DNA from: Eledone cirrhosa
Lineage: Eukaryota
DNA length: 64,000 nucleotides
NCBI GenBank assembly: GCA_964016885.1
Contig: OZ024741.1
Coordinates: 387,562,001-387,626,000 of the forward strand
Direction of reading: 5' to 3'
Shown here: positions 1-14,518 of the stretch, in pieces
Layout of the letters: each line of letters starts with the position of its first letter
How positions within the stretch are numbered: the first letter of the stretch is position 1
The notes under the pieces: model-generated
Told to the model about the DNA's origin: nothing
Databases searched by the model: none
The model's input: only the letters and a program-made list of their open reading frames with translations
Made by a program: the position numbers and the translations under genes

Positions 1-3000
1 AATGTTGTGAGGTGGAATAGTGGAATGTTGTGAGGTTGTGGAATACTGGAGTGTTGTAAGGTTCTGGAATAGTGGAGTGTTGTAAGGTTCTGGAATAGTG
101 GAGTGTTGTGAAGTTGTAGAATATTGGAGTGTTGTGAAGTTGTGGAATAGTGGAATGTTGTGAGATTCTGGAATAGTGGAATGTTGTGAGGTTCTAGAAT
201 ACTGGAGTGTTGTGAGGTTATTGAATAGTGGAGTGTTGTGAAGTTGTAGAATATTGGAGTGTTGTGAAGTTGTGGAATAGTGGAATGTTGTGAGGTTCTG
301 GAATAGTGGAATGTTGTGAGGTTGAGGAATAGTTGAATGTTGTGAGGTTGTGGAATAGGGAAATGTTGGGAGGTTGAGGAATAGTGGTGTGTTGTGAGGT
401 TGTGGAATAGTGGAATGTTGTGAGGTTGTGGAATAGTGGAATGTTGTGAGATTCTGGAAAAGTGAAATGTTGTGAAGTTGAGGAATAGTGGAATGTTGTG
501 AGGTTGTGGAATAGTGGAATGTTGTGAGGTTGTGGAATACTGGAGTGTTGTGAAGTTGTGGAATAGTGGAACGTTGTGAGGTTGTGGAATAGTAGAATGT
601 TGTGAGGTTGTGGAATACTGGAGTGTCTTGAAATTGTGAAATTGTGGAATAATGGTGTGTTGTGATGTTGTGGAATAGTGGAATGTTGTGAGGTTGTGGA
701 ATAATGGAATGTTGTGAGGTTGTGGAATAGTGGAATGTTGTGAAGTTGTGGAATAGTGGAATGTTGTGAAGTTGTGGAACATTGTGAGGTTGTGGAATAG
801 TAGAATGTTGTGAGGTTGTGGAATACTGGAGTGTTGTGGAATAGTGGTGTGTTGTGAGGTTGTGGAATAGTGGAATGTTGTGAGGTTGTGGAATAGTGGA
901 GTGTTGTGAGGTTATGGAATAGTGGAGTGTTGTGAGGTTCTGGAATACTGGAGTGTTGTGGAATAGTGGAACGTTGTGAGGTTGTGGAATAGTGGAATGT
1001 TGTGAGGTTCTGGAATAGTGAAATGTTGTGAAGTTGAGGAATAGTGGAATGTTGTGAGGTTGTGGAATAGTGGAGTGTTGTGAGGTTGTGGAATAGTGGA
1101 GTGTTGTGAGGTTGTGGAACAGTGGAATGTTGTGAGGTTGTGGAATAGTGGAGTGTTGTGAGGTTGTGGAATAGTGGTGTGTTGTGAAGTTGTGGAATAG
1201 TGGAGTGTTGTAAGGCTTTGGAATAGTGGAATGTTGTGAGCTTGTGGAATACTGGAGTGTTGTGAGGTTCTGGAATAGTGGAGTGTTGTGAAGTTGTGGA
1301 ATAGTGGAATGTTGTGAGGTTGTGGAATAGTGGAATGTTGTGAGGTTGTAGAATATTGGAGTGTTGTGAACTTGTAGAATATTGGAGTGTTGTGAAGTTG
1401 TGGAATAGTGGAATGTGAGGTTCTGGAATAGTGGAATGTTGTGAGGTTCTAGAATACTGGAGTGTTGTGAGGTTCTAGAATACTGGAGTGTTGTGAGGTT
1501 CTAGAATACTGGAGTGTTGTGAGGTTCTGAAATAGTGGAATGTTGTGAGGTTGTGGAATAGTGGAATGTTGTGAAGTTGTGGAATAGTGAAATGTTGGGA
1601 GGTTGAGGAATAGTGGAATGTTGTGAGGTTGTGGAATAGTGGAGTGTTGTGTAGTCGTGGAATACTGGAATGTTGTGAAATTGTGGAATAGTGGTGTGTT
1701 GTGAGGTTGTGGAATAGTGGAATGTTGTGAGGTTGTGGGGGTACTAGAGTGTTGTGAAATTGTGGAATAGTGGAAAGTTGTGAGGTTCTGGAATAGTGGA
1801 ATGTTGTGAGGTTGTGGAATGTTGTGTGGTTCTGGAATACTGGAGTGTTGTGAGGTTCTAGAATAGTGGAGTGTTGTGAAGTTGTAGCATATTGGAGTGT
1901 TGTGATGTTGTGGAATAGTGGAATGTTGTGAGGTTCTGGAATAGTGAAATGTTGTGAAGTTGAGGAATAGTGGAATGTTGTGAGGTTGTGGAACAGTGGA
2001 ATGTTGTGAGGTTGTTGAATACTGGAGTGTTTTGAAATTGTGGATAATGGTGTGTTGTGAGGTTGTGGAATAGTAGAATGTTGTGAGGTTGTGGAGTACT
2101 GGAGTGTTTTGAAATTGTGGAATAATGGTGTGTTGTGGGGTTGTGGAATAGTGGAATGTTGTGAGGTTGTGGAATAGTGGAATGTTGTGAAGTTTTGGAA
2201 TAGTGGAATGTTGTGAGGTTATGGAATAGTGGAACGTTGTGAGGTTGTGGAATAGTAGAATGTTGTGAGGTTGTGGAATACTGGAGTGTTGTGAAGTTAT
2301 GGAATACTGGAGTGTTGTGAAATTGTGGAATAGTGGTGTGTTGTGAGGTTGTGGAATGATGTGAGGTTGTGGAATAGTCGAATGTTGTGAGGTTGTGGAA
2401 TAGTGGAGTGTTGTGAGGTTATGGAATAGTGGAGTGTTGTGAAGTTGTAGAATATTGGAGTGTTGTGAAGTTGTGGAATAGTGGAATGTTGTGAGGTTCT
2501 GGAATAGTGGAGTGTTGTGAAGTTGTGGAATAGTGAAATGTTGTGAGGTTGGGGAATAGTGGAATGTTGTGAGGTTGTGGAATAGTGGAATGTTGTGAAG
2601 TTGTGGAATAGTGGAGTGTCGTGAAGTTGTGGAATAGTGGAGTGTCGTGATGTTGTGGAATAGTGCAGTGTTGTGAGGTTGTGGAATAGTAGAATGTTGT
2701 GAGCCTGTGGAATACTGGAGTGTTGTGAAGTTATGGAATACTGGAGTGTTGTGAAATTGTGGAATAGTGGTGTGTTGTGAGGTTGTGGAATAGTGGAATG
2801 TTTTGAGGTTGTGGAATAGTGGAATGTTGTGAGGTTGTGGGGTACTAGTGTTGTGAAATTGTGGAATAGTGGAATGTTGTGAGGTTTTGGAATAATGGAA
2901 TGTTGTGAGGTTGTGAAATTGTGGAATAGTGGGATGTTGTGGAATACTGGAGTGTTGTGAGGTTGTGGAATACTGGATTGTTGTGAAGTTGTAGAATAGT

Positions 3001-6000
3001 GGAGTGTTGTGAAGTTGTAGAATAGTGGAATGTTGTGAGGTTCTGGAACAGTGGATTGTTGTGTAGTTGTGGAATAGTGAAATGTTGGGAGGTTGAGGAA
3101 TAGTGGAATGTTGTGATGTTGTGGAATAGTGGAATACTGGAGTGTTGTGGAATAGTGGTGTGTTCTGAGTTTGTGGAATAGTGGAATGTTGTGAGGTTGT
3201 GGAATAGTGGAATGTTGTGAGGTTGTTGAATACTGGAGTGTTGTGAAGTTGTGGAATAGTGGAACGTTCTGAGGTTGTGGAATAGTGGAATGTTGTGAGG
3301 TTGTGGAATACTGGAGTGTTTTGAAATTGTGGAATAATGGTGGGTTGTGAGGTTATGGAAGAGTGGAATGATGTGAGGTTGTGGAATAGTGGAATGTTGT
3401 CAGGTTGTGGAATAGTGGAATGTTGTGAAGTTGTGGAATAATGGAATGTTGTGAGGTTGTGGAATAGTGGAGTGTTGTGAAGTTGTGGAATAGTGGAACG
3501 TTGTGAGGTTGTGGAATAGTAGAATGTTGTGAGGTTGTGGAATACTGGAGTGTTGTGAAGTTATGGAATACTGGAGTGTTGTGAAATTGTGGAATAGTGG
3601 TGTGTTGTGAGGTTGTGGAATAGTGGAATGTTGTGAGGTTCTGGAATAGTGGAGTGTTGTGGAATAGTTAAATGTTGTGAGGTTGGGGAATAGTGGAACG
3701 TTGTGAGGTTGTGGAATAGTGGAATGTTGTGAAGTTGTGGAATAGTGGAGTGTTGTGAAGGTGTGGAATAGTGCAGCGTTGTGAGGTTGTGGAATAGTAG
3801 AATGTTGTGAGCTTGTGGAATACTGGAGTGTTGTGAAGTTATGGAATACTGGAGTGAAATTGTGGAATAGTGGTGTGTTGTGAGGTTGTGGAATAGTGGA
3901 ATGTTGTGAGGCTGTGGAATAGTAGAATGTTGTGAGGTTCTGGAACAGTGGATTGTTGTGTAGTTGTGGGATGTTGTGATGTGGAATAGTGGAATATTGT
4001 GAGGTTGTGGAATAGTGGAATGTTGTGAAGTTGTAGAATATTGGAATGTCGTGAGGCTGTGGAATAGTAGAATGTTGTGAGGTTCTGGAACAGTGGAGTG
4101 TTGTGTAGTTGTGTGATGTTGTGGAATAGTGGAATGTTGTGAGGTTGTGGAATAGTGGAGTCTTGTGAAGTTGTGGAATAGTGGAATGTTGTGAAATTGT
4201 GGAATAGTGGAATGTTGTGAGGTTGTGGAATACTGGAGTGTTGTGAAGTTGTGGAATAGTGGAATGTTGTAAGGTTGAGGAATAGTGGGGTGTTGTGAAG
4301 TTGTGGTATACTGGAGTGTTGTGAGGTTCTGGAATAGTGGAGTGTTGTGAGGTTTTGGAATACTGGAGTGTTGTGAAGTTGTGGAATAGTGGAATGTTGT
4401 GAGGTTCTGGAATAGTGGAGTGTTGTGAAGTTGTAGAACAGTTGAGTGTTGTGAAGTTGTGGAATACTGGTGTGTTGTGGAATAGTGGAATGTTGTGATG
4501 TTGTGGAATAGTGGAATGTTGTGAGTTTGTTTGAATAGTGGAGTGTTGTGAAGTTGTGGAATAGTGGAACGTTGTGAGGTTGTGGAATAGTGTAGTGTTG
4601 TGAGGTTGAGTAATACTGGAATGTTGTGAGGTTGTGGAATAGTGGAGTGTTGTGAACTCGTGGAATACTGGAGTGTTTTGGAATTGTGGAATAGTGGTGT
4701 GTTGTGAGGTTGTGGAATAGTGGAATGTTGTGAGATTCTGGAATACTGGAGTGTTATGAGGTTCTGGAATAGTGGAGTGTTGTGAAGTTGTAGAATATTG
4801 GAGTGTTGTGAAGTTGTGGAATAGTGGAATGTTGTGAGGTTCTGGAATAGTGAAATTTTGTGAAGTTGAGGAATAGTGGAATGTTGTGAGGTTGTGGAAT
4901 AGTGGAATGTTGTGAGGTTGTGGAATACTGGAGTGTTGTGAAGTTGTGGAATAGTGGAACGTTGTGAGGTTGTGGAATAGTAGAATGTTGTGAGGTTGTG
5001 GAATACTGGAGTGTTTTGAAATTGTGAAATTGTGGAATAATGGTGTGTTGTGAGATTGTGGAATAGTGGAATGTTGTGAAGTTGTGGAAGAGTGGAATGT
5101 TGTGAGGTTGTGGAATAGTGGAGTGTTGTGGAATATTGGAACGTTGTGAGGTTGTGGAATAGAATGTCGTGAGGTTGTGGAATACTGGAGTGTTGTGAAG
5201 TTAAGGAATACTGGAGTATTGTGGAATAGAGGTGTGTTGTGAGGTTGTGGAATACTGGAGTGTTGTGAAGTTATGGAATACTGGAGTGTTGTGAAATTGT
5301 GGAATAGTGGTGTGTTGTGAGGTTGTGGAATGGTGGAATGTTGTGAGGTTGTGGAATTGTGGAATAGTGGAATGTTGTGAGGTTGTGGAATTGTGGAATG
5401 TTGTGAAGTTGTAGAATATTGTAATGTTGTGAGGCTGTGGAAGAGTAGAATGTTGTGAGGTTCTGGAACAGTGGAATGTTGTGAGGTTCTAGAATACTGG
5501 AGTGTTGTGAGGTTATGGAATAGTGGAATGTTGTGAAGTTGTAGAATATTGGAGTGTTGTGAAGTTGTGGAATAGTGGAATGTTGTGAGGTTGTGGAATA
5601 GTGGAATGTTGTGAGGTTGAGGAATAGTGGAATGTTGTGAGGTTGTGGAATAGTGGAGTGTTGTGAAGTTGTGGAATAGTGGAGTGTTGTGTAGTTGTGG
5701 AATAGTGCAGCGTTGTGAGGTTGTGGAATAGTAGAATGTTGTGAGCTTGTGGAATACTGGAATGTTGTGAAGTTATGGAATACTGGAGTGTTGTGGAATA
5801 GTGGTGTGTTGTGAGGTTGTGGAATAGTGGAATGTTGTGAGGTTGTGGAATAGTGAAATGTTGTTATGTTGTGGGGTACTAGTGTGTTGTGGAATAGTGG
5901 AATGTTGTGAGGTTTTGGAATAATGGAATGTTGTGAGGTTGTGAAATTGTGGAATAGTGGAATGTTGTGAAGTTGTGGAATACTGGAGTGTTGTGAGGTT

Positions 6001-9000
6001 GTGGAATACTGGATTGTTGTGAAGTTGTAGACTAGTGGAGTGTTGTGAAGTTGTAGAATAGTGGAATGTTGTGAGGCTGTGGAATAGTAGAATGTTGTGA
6101 GGTTCTGGAACAGTGGAGTGTTGTGTAGTTGTGGGATGTTGTGATTTGGAATAGTAGAATATTGTGAGGTTGTGGAGTCTTGTGAAGTTGTGGAATGTTG
6201 TGAAATTGTGGAATAGTGGAATGTTGTGAGGTTGTGGAATTGTGGAATAGTGGAATGTTGTGAGGTTGTGGAATTGTGGAATGTTGTGAAGTTGTAGAAT
6301 ATTGTAATGTTGTGAGGCTGTGGAAGAGTAGAATGTTGTGAGGTTCTGGAACAGTGGAGTGTTGTGTAGTTGTGTGATGTTGTGGAATAGTGGAATGTTG
6401 TGAGGTTGTGGAATAGTGGAGTCTTGTGAAGTTGTGGAATAGTGGAATGTTGTGAAATTGTGGAATAGTGGAATGTTGTGAGGTTGTGGAATACTGGAGT
6501 GTTGTGAAGTTGTGGAATAGTGGAATGTTGTGAGGTTGAGGAATAGTGGAGTGTTGTGAAGTTGTGGAATACTGGAGTGTTGTGAGGTTGTGGAATAGTG
6601 GAGTGTTGTGAGGTTTTGGAATACTGGAGTGTTGTGAAGTTGTGGAATAGTGGAATGTTGTGAGGTTCTGGAATAGTGGAGTGTTGTGAAGTTGTAGAAT
6701 AGTTGAGTGTTGTGAAGTTGTGGAATACTGGTGTGTTTTGGAATAGTGGAATGTTGTGATGTTGTGGAATAGTGGAATGTTGTGAGGTTGTTTGAATAGT
6801 GGAGTGTCGTGAAGTTGTGGAATAGTGGAACGTTGTGAGGTTGTGGAATAGTGGAGTGTTGTGAGGTTGTGGAATAGTGGAGTGTTGTGAAGTTGTGGAA
6901 TAGTGAAATGTTGGGAGGTTGAGGAATACTGGAATGTTGTGAGGTTGTGGAATAGTGGTGTGTTGTGAGGTTGTGGAATAGTGGAATATTGTGAGGTTGT
7001 GGAATAGGGGAATGTTGTGAGGTTGTGGGGTGCTAGAGTGTTGTGAAATTGTGGAATAGTGGAATGTTGTGAGGTTCTGGAATAGTGGAGTGTTGTGGAT
7101 AGTGGAATAGTGGAATGTTGTGAGGTTGTGGAGTAGTGGAATGTTGTGAGATTCTGGAATAGTGGAGTGTTGTGAAGTTGTAGAATATTGGAGTGTTGTG
7201 AAGTTGTGGAATAGTGGAATGTTGTGAGGTTATGGAATAGTGAAATGTTGTGAAGTTGAGGAATAGTGGAATGTTGTGAGGTTGTGGAATAGTGGAATGT
7301 TGTGAGGTTGTGGAATAGTAGAATGTTGTGAGGTTGTGGAATACTGGAGTGTTTTGAAATTGTGAAATTGTGGAATAATGGTGTGTTGTGAGGTTGTGGA
7401 ATAGTGGAATGTTGTGAGGTTGTGGAATAGTGGAATGTTGTGAGGTTGTGGAATAGTGGAGTGTTGTGAAGTTGTGGAATAGTGGAACGTTGTGAGGTTG
7501 TGGAATAGTAGAATGTTGTGAGGTTGTGGAATTGTGGAATAGTGTCGTGTTGTGAGGTTGTGGAATAGTGGAATGTTGTGAGGTTGTGAAATAGTGGAGT
7601 GTTGTGAGGTTATGGAATAGTGGAGTGTTGTGAAGTTGTTGAATATTGGAGTGTTGTGAGATTCTGGAATAGTGGAATGTTGTGAGGTTCTAGAATACTG
7701 GAGTGTTGTGAGGTTGTGGAATAGTGGAGTGTTGTGAAGTTGTAGTATATTGGAGTGTTGTGAAGTTGTAGAATAGTGGAATGTTGTGAGGTTCTGGAAT
7801 AGTGGAATGTTGTGAGGTTGTGGAGTGTTGTGAGGTTGTGGAATAGTGGAGTGTTGTGAAGTTGTGGAATAGTGGAGTGTTGTGAGGTTGTGGAATAGTG
7901 GAATGTTGTGAGTTTGTGGAATAGTGGAATGTTGTGAGGTTGTGGGGTACTAGAGTGTTGTGAAATTGTGGAATAGTGGAATGTTGTGAGGTTCTGGAAT
8001 AGTGGAATAGTGGAATGTTGTGAGGTTGTGGAATAGTGGAATGTTGTGAGGTTCTGGAATACTGGAGTGTTGTGAGGTTCTGGAATAGTGGAGTGTTGTG
8101 AAGTTGTAGAATATTGGAGTGTTGTGGAATAGTGGAACGTTGTGAGGTACTGGAATAGTGAAATGTTGTGAAGTTGAAGAATGGTGGAATGTTGTGAGGT
8201 TGTGGAATAGTGGAATGTTGTGAGGTTGTGGAATACTGGAGTGTTGTGAGGTTGTGGAATAGTGGTGTGTTGTGAGGTTGTGGAATAGTGGAATGTTGTG
8301 AGTTTGTGGAATAGTGGAATGTTGTGAGGTTGTGGGGTACTAGAGTGTTGTGAAATTGTGGAATAGTGGAATGTTGTGAGGTTCTGGAATAGTGGAATAG
8401 TGGAATGTTGTGAGGTTCTGGAATAGTGGAATAGTGGAATGTTGTGAGGTTGTGGATTAGTGGAATGTTGTGAGGTTCTGGAATACTGGAGTGTTGTGAG
8501 GTTCTGGAATAGTGGAGTGTTGTGAAGTTGTAGAATATTGGAGTGTTGTGGAATAGTGGAACGTTGTGAGGTACTGGAATAGTGAAATGTTGTGAAGTTG
8601 AAGAATAGTGGAATGTTGTGAGGTTGTGGAATAGTAGAATGTTGTGAGGTTGTGGAATACTGGAGTGTTGTGAGGTTGTGGAATAGTGGAACGTTGTGAG
8701 GTTGTGGAATAGTAGAATGTTGTGAGGTTGTGGAATACTGGAGTGTTTTGAAATCGTGAAATTGTGGAATAATGGTGTGTTGTGAGGTTGTGGAATAGTG
8801 GAATGTTGTGAGGTTGTGGAATAGTGGAATGTTGTGAGGTTGTGGAATGTTGTGGAATATTGGAGTGTTGTGAGGTTGTGGAATAGTGGAACGTTGTGAG
8901 GTTGTGGAATAGTAGAATGTTGTGAGGTTGTGGAATACTGGAGTGTTGTGAAGTTATGGAATAGTGGAGTGTTGTGAAATTGTGGAATAGTGGTGTGTTG

Positions 9001-12000
9001 TGAGGTTGTGGAATAGTGGAATGATGTGAGGTTGTGGAATAGTGGAATGTTGTGAGGTTGTGGAATAGTGGAGTGTTGTGAAGTTGTGGAATAGTGGAAT
9101 GTTGTGAGGTTCTGGAATACTGGAGTGTTGTGAAGTTGTGGAATAGTGGAATGTTGTGAGGTTGTGAAATAGTGGAATGTTGTGAGGTTGTGGAATAGTG
9201 GAATGTTGTGAGCTTGTGGAATACTGGAGTGTTGTGAAGTTGTGGAATAGTGGAGTGTTGTGAAGTTGTGGAATGTTGTGAGGTGGAATAGTGGAATGTT
9301 GTGAGGTTGTGGAATACTGGAGTGTTGTAAGGTTCTGGAATAGTGGAGTGTTGTAAGGTTCTGGAATAGTGGAGTGTTGTGAAGTTGTAGAATATTGGAG
9401 TGTTGTGGAATAGTGGAATGTTGTGAGATTCTGGAATAGTGGAATGTTGTGAGGTTCTAGAATACTGGAGTGTTGTGAGGTTATTGAATAGTGGAGTGTT
9501 GTGAAGTTGTAGAATATTGGAGTGTTGTGAAGTTGTGGAATAGTGGAATGTTGTGAGGTTCTGGAATAGTGGAATGTTGTGAGGTTGAGGAATAGTTGAA
9601 TGTTGTGAGGTTGTGGAATAGTGGAGTGTTGTGAAGTTGTGGAATAGGGAAATGTTGGGAGGTTGAGGAATAGTGGTGTGTTGTGAGGTTGTGGAATAGT
9701 GGAATGTTGTGAGGTTGTGGAATAGTGGAATGTTGTGAGATTCTGGAATAGTGAAATGTTGTGAAGTTGAGGAATAGTGGAATGTTGTGAGGTTGTGGAA
9801 TAGTGGAATGTTGTGAGGTTGTGGAATACTGGAGTGTTGTGAAGTTGTGGAATAGTGGAACGTTGTGAGGTTGTGGAATAGTAGAATGTTGTGAGGTTGT
9901 GGAATACTGGAGTGTCTTGAAATTGTGAAATTGTGGAATAATGGTGTGTTGTGATGTTGTGGAATAGTGGAATGTTGTGAGGTTGTGGAATAATGGAATG
10001 TTGTGAGGTTGTGGAATAGTGGAATGTTGTGAAGTTGTGGAATAGTGGAATGTTGTGAAGTTGTGGAACATTGTGAGGTTGTGGAATAGTAGAATGTTGT
10101 GAGGTTGTGGAATAGTGGTGTGTTGTGAGGTTGTGGAATAGTGGAATGTTGTGAGGTTGTGGAATAGTGGAGTGTTGTGAGGTTATGGAATAGTGGAGTG
10201 TTGTGAGGTTCTGGAATACTGGAGTGTTGTGGAATAGTGGAACGTTGTGAGGTTGTGGAATAGTGGAATGTTGTGAGGTTCTGGAATAGTGAAATGTGAA
10301 GTTGAGGAATAGTGGAATGTTGTGAGGTTGTGGAATAGTGGAGTGTTGTGAGGTTGTGGAATAGTGGAGTGTTGTGAGGTTGTGGAACAGTGGAATGTTG
10401 TGAGGTTGTGGAATAGTGGAGTGTTGTGAGGTTGTGGAATAGTGGTGTGTTGTGAAGTTGTGGAATAGTGGAGTGTTGTAAGGCTTTGGAATAGTGGAAT
10501 GTTGTGAGCTTGTGGAATACTGGAGTGTTGTGAGGTTCTGGAATAGTGGAGTGTTGTGAAGTTGTGGAATAGTGGAATGTTGTGAGGTTGTGGAATAGTG
10601 GAATGTTGTGAGGTTGTGGAATAGTGGAATGTTGTGAGGTTGTAGAATATTGGAGTGTTGTGAAGTTGTAGAATATTGGAGTGTTGTGAAGTTGTGGAAT
10701 AGTGGAATGTGAGGTTCTGGAATAGTGGAATGTTGTGAGGTTCTAGAATACTGGAGTGTTGTGAGGTTCTAGAATACTGGAGTGTTGTGAGGTTCTAGAA
10801 TACTGGAGTGTTGTGAGGTTCTGAAATAGTGGAATGTTGTGAGGTTGTGGAATAGTGGAATGTTGTGAAGTTGTGGAATAGTGAAATGTTGGGAGGTTGA
10901 GGAATAGTGGAATGTTGTGAGGTTGTGGAATAGTGGAGTGTTGTGTAGTCGTGGAATACTGGAATGTTGTGAAATTGTGGAATAGTGGTGTGTTGTGAGG
11001 TTGTGGAATAGTGGAATGTTGTGAGGTTGTGGAATGTTGTGAGGTTGTGGGGGTACTAGAGTGTTGTGAAATTGTGGAATAGTGGAAAGTTGTGAGGTTC
11101 TGGAATAGTGGAATGTTGTGAGGTTGTGGAATAGTGGAATGTTGTGTGGTTCCGGAATACTGGAGTGTTGTGAGGTTCTAGAATAGTGGAGTGTTGTGAA
11201 GTTGTAGCATATTGGAGTGTTGTGATGTTGTGGAATAGTGGAATGTTGTGAGGTTCTGGAATAGTGAAATGTTGTGAAGTTGAGGAATAGTGGAATGTTG
11301 TGAGGTTGTGGAACAGTGGAATGTTGTGAGGTTGTTGAATACTGGAGTGTTTTGAAATTGTGGATAATGGTGTGTTGTGAGGTTGTGGAATAGTAGAATG
11401 TTGTGAGGTTGTGGAATACTGGAGTGTTTTGAAATTGTGGAATAATGGTGTGTTGTGGGGTTGTGGAATAGTGGAATGTTGTGAGGTTGTGGAATAGTGG
11501 AATGTTGTGAAGTTTTGGAATAGTGGAATGTTGTGAAGTTTTGGAATAGTGGAATGTTGTGAGGTTGTGGAATAGTGGAACGTTGTGAGGTTGTGGAATA
11601 GTAGAATGTTGTGAGGTTGTGGAATACTGGAGTGTTGTGAAGTTATGGAATACTGGAGTGTTGTGAAATTGTTGAATAGTGGTGTGTTGTGAGGTTGTGG
11701 AATAGTGGAATGATGTGAGGTTGTGGAATAGTCGAATGTTGTGAGGTTGTGGAATAGTGGAGTGTTGTGAGGTTATGGAATAGTGGAGTGTTGTGAAGTT
11801 GTAGAATATTGGAGTGTTGTGAAGTTGTGGAATAGTGGAATGTTGTGAGGTTCTGGAATAGTGGAGTGTTGTGAAGTTGTGGAATAGTGAAATGTTGTGA
11901 GGTTGGGGAATAGTGGAATGTTGTGAGGTTGTGGAATAGTGGAATGTTGTGAAGTTGTGGAATAGTGGAGTGTCGTGAAGTTGTGGAATAGTGGAGTGTC

Positions 12001-14460
12001 GTGAAGTTGTGGAATAGTGCAGTGTTGTGAGGTTGTGGAATAGTAGAATGTTGTGAGCCTGTGGAATACTGGAGTGTTGTGAAGTTATGGAATACTGGAG
12101 TGTTGTGAAATTGTGGAATAGTGGTGTGTTGTGAGGTTGTGGAATAGTGGAATGTTGTGAGGTTGTGGAATAGTGGAATGTTGTGAGGTTGTGGGGTACT
12201 AGAGTGTTGTGAAATTGTGGAATAGTGGAATGTTGTGAGGTTTTGGAATAATGGAATGTTGTGAGGTTGTGAAATTGTGGAATAGTGGGATGTTGTGGAA
12301 TACTGGAGTGTTGTGAGGTTGTGGAATACTGGAGTGTTGTGAAGTTGTAGAATAGTGGAGTGTTGTGAAGTTGTAGAATAGTGGAATGTTGTGAGGTTCT
12401 GGAACAGTGGATTGTTGTGTAGTTGTGGGATGTTGTGATGTGGAATAGTGGAATATTGTGAAGTTGTGGAATAGTGGAATGTTGTGAAATTGTGGAATAG
12501 TGGAATGTTGTGGAATTGTGGAATGTTGTGAGGTTCTGGAACAGTGGAGTGTTGTGTAGTTGTGTGATGTTGTGGAATAGTGGAATATTGTGAGGTTGTG
12601 GAATAGTGGAGTCTTGTGAAGTTGTGGAATTGTGGAATAGTGGAATGTTGTGAGGTTGTGGAATACTGGAGTGTTGTGAAGTTGTGGAATAGTGGAATGT
12701 TGTGAGGTTGTGGAATACTGGAGTGTTGTGAAGTTGTGGAATAGTGGAATGTTGTGAGGTTGTGGAATAGTGGAGTTTTGTGAGGTTATGGAATAGTGGA
12801 GTGTTGTGAAGTTGTAGAATATTGGAGTGTTGTGAAGTTGTGGAATAGTGGAATGTTGTGAGGTTCTGGAATAGTGGAGTGTTGTGAAGTTGTGGAATAG
12901 TGAAATGTGAGGTTGGGGAATAGTGGAATGTTGTGAGGTTGTGGAATAGTGGAATGTTGTGAAGTTGTGCAATAGTGGAGTGTCGTGAAGTTGTGGAATA
13001 GTGCAGCGTTGTGAGGTTGTGGAATAGTAGAATGTTGTGAGCTTGTGGAATACTGGAGTGTTGTGAAGTTATGGAATACTGGAGTGTTGTGAAATTGTGG
13101 AATAGTGGTGTGTTGTGAGGTTGTGGAATAGTGGAATGTTGTGAGGTTGTGGAATAGTGGAATGTTGTGAGGTTGTGGGGTACTAGAGTGTTGTGAAATT
13201 GTGGAATAGTGGAATGTTGTGAGGTTTTGGAATAATGGAATGTTGTGAGGTTGTGAAATTGTGGAATACTGGAGTGTTGTGAGGTTGTGGAATACTGGAG
13301 TGTTGTGAAGTTGTAGAATAGTGGAATGTTGTGAGGCTGTGGAATAGTAGAATGTTGTGAGGTTCTGGAACAGTGGATTGTTGTGTAGTTGTGGGATGTT
13401 GTGATGTGGAATAGTGGAATATTGTGAAGTTGTGGAATAGTGGAATAGTGGAATGTTGTGAGGTTGTGGAATTGTGGAATGTTGTGAGGTTGTGGAATTG
13501 TGGAATAGTGGAATGATGTGAGGTTGTGGAATTGTGGAATGTTGTGAAGTTGTAGAATATTGGAATGTTGTGAGGCTGTGGAATAGTAGAATGTTGTGAG
13601 GTTCTGGAACAGTGGAGTGTTGTGTAGTTGTGTGATGTTGTGGAATAGTGGAATATTGTGAGGTTGTGGAATAGTGGAGTCTTGTGAAGTTGTGGAATAG
13701 TGGAATGTTGTGAAATTGTTGAATATTGGAATGTTGTGAGGTTGTGGAATACTGGAGTGTTGTGAAGTTGTGGAATACTGCAGTGTTGTGAGGTTGTGGA
13801 ATAGTGGAGTGTTGTGAGGTTTTGGAATACTGGAGTGTTGTGAAGTTGTGGAATAGTGGAATGTTGTGAGGTTCTGGAATAGTGGAGTGTTGTGAAGTTG
13901 TAGAATAGTTGAGTGTTGTGAAGTTGTGGAATACTGGTGTGTTGTGGAATAGTGGAATGTTGTGATGTTGTGGAATAGTGGAATGTTGTGAGGTTGTTTG
14001 AATAGTGGAGTGTTGTGAAGTTGTGGAATAATGGAACGTTGTGAGGTTGTGGAATAGTGTAGTGTTGTGAAGTTGTAGAATAGTGGAATGTTGTGACGTT
14101 GTGGAATAGTGGAATGTTGTGAGGTTGAGGAATAGTGGAGTGTTGTGAAGTTGTGGAATAGTGGAATGTTGTGAGGTTGTGGAATAGTGGAATGTTGTGA
14201 AATTGTCGAATAGTGGAATGTTGTGAAGTTGTGCAATAGTGGAATGTTATGAGGATGTGGTATACTGGAGTGTTGTGAGGGTGTGGAATAGTGGAATGTT
14301 GTGAGGTTCTGGAATAGTGGAGTGTTGTGAAATTGTGGAATAGTGGAGTGTTGTGAAGTTGTCGAATACTGGAGTGTTGTGAAGTTGTGGAATAGGGGAA
14401 TGTTGTGAGGTTGTGGAATACTGGAGTGTTGTGAAGTTGTGGAATAGTGGAGTGTTGTGG
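1..14460. repeat. 26-bp tandem satellite/minisatellite, consensus TGTTGTGAGGTTGTGGAATAGTGGAA; runs off the left window edge
   Basis: Continuous head-to-tail units with recurrent variants (GAAG/GAGG, TTCTGG, ATACTGG, GGAGTG). The minus-strand translation cycles every 26 aa (3 units = 78 nt), confirming the 26-bp period. Confidence 0.98.
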
Positions 14461-14518
14461 ATTTTGGGCTTGAACCCACTACATTGCACTTTGGGAAAGT
14501 GTCTTCTATAATGTCAGG
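14461..14518 (+). mobile_element. Degenerate fragment of a tRNA-derived SINE (B-box/CORE-like part) abutting the satellite
   Basis: TTTTGGGCTTGAACCCACTACATTGCACTTTGGGAAAGTGTCTTCTA resembles the octopus SINE segment GGGTTCAGTCCCACTGCGTGGCACCTTGGGCAAGTGTCTTCTA (recalled). Confidence 0.55.

Noticed and set aside
1-14460. CRISPR array or telomeric repeat
   Set aside because: No unique spacers, eukaryotic context, and the unit is not TTAGGG-like.
9481-14489. 1236-aa and other His/Thr/Gln-rich ORFs on the minus strand
   Set aside because: The C-rich strand of the 26-bp unit has no stop codon in any frame, and unit length is not a multiple of 3; these ORFs are satellite artefacts.
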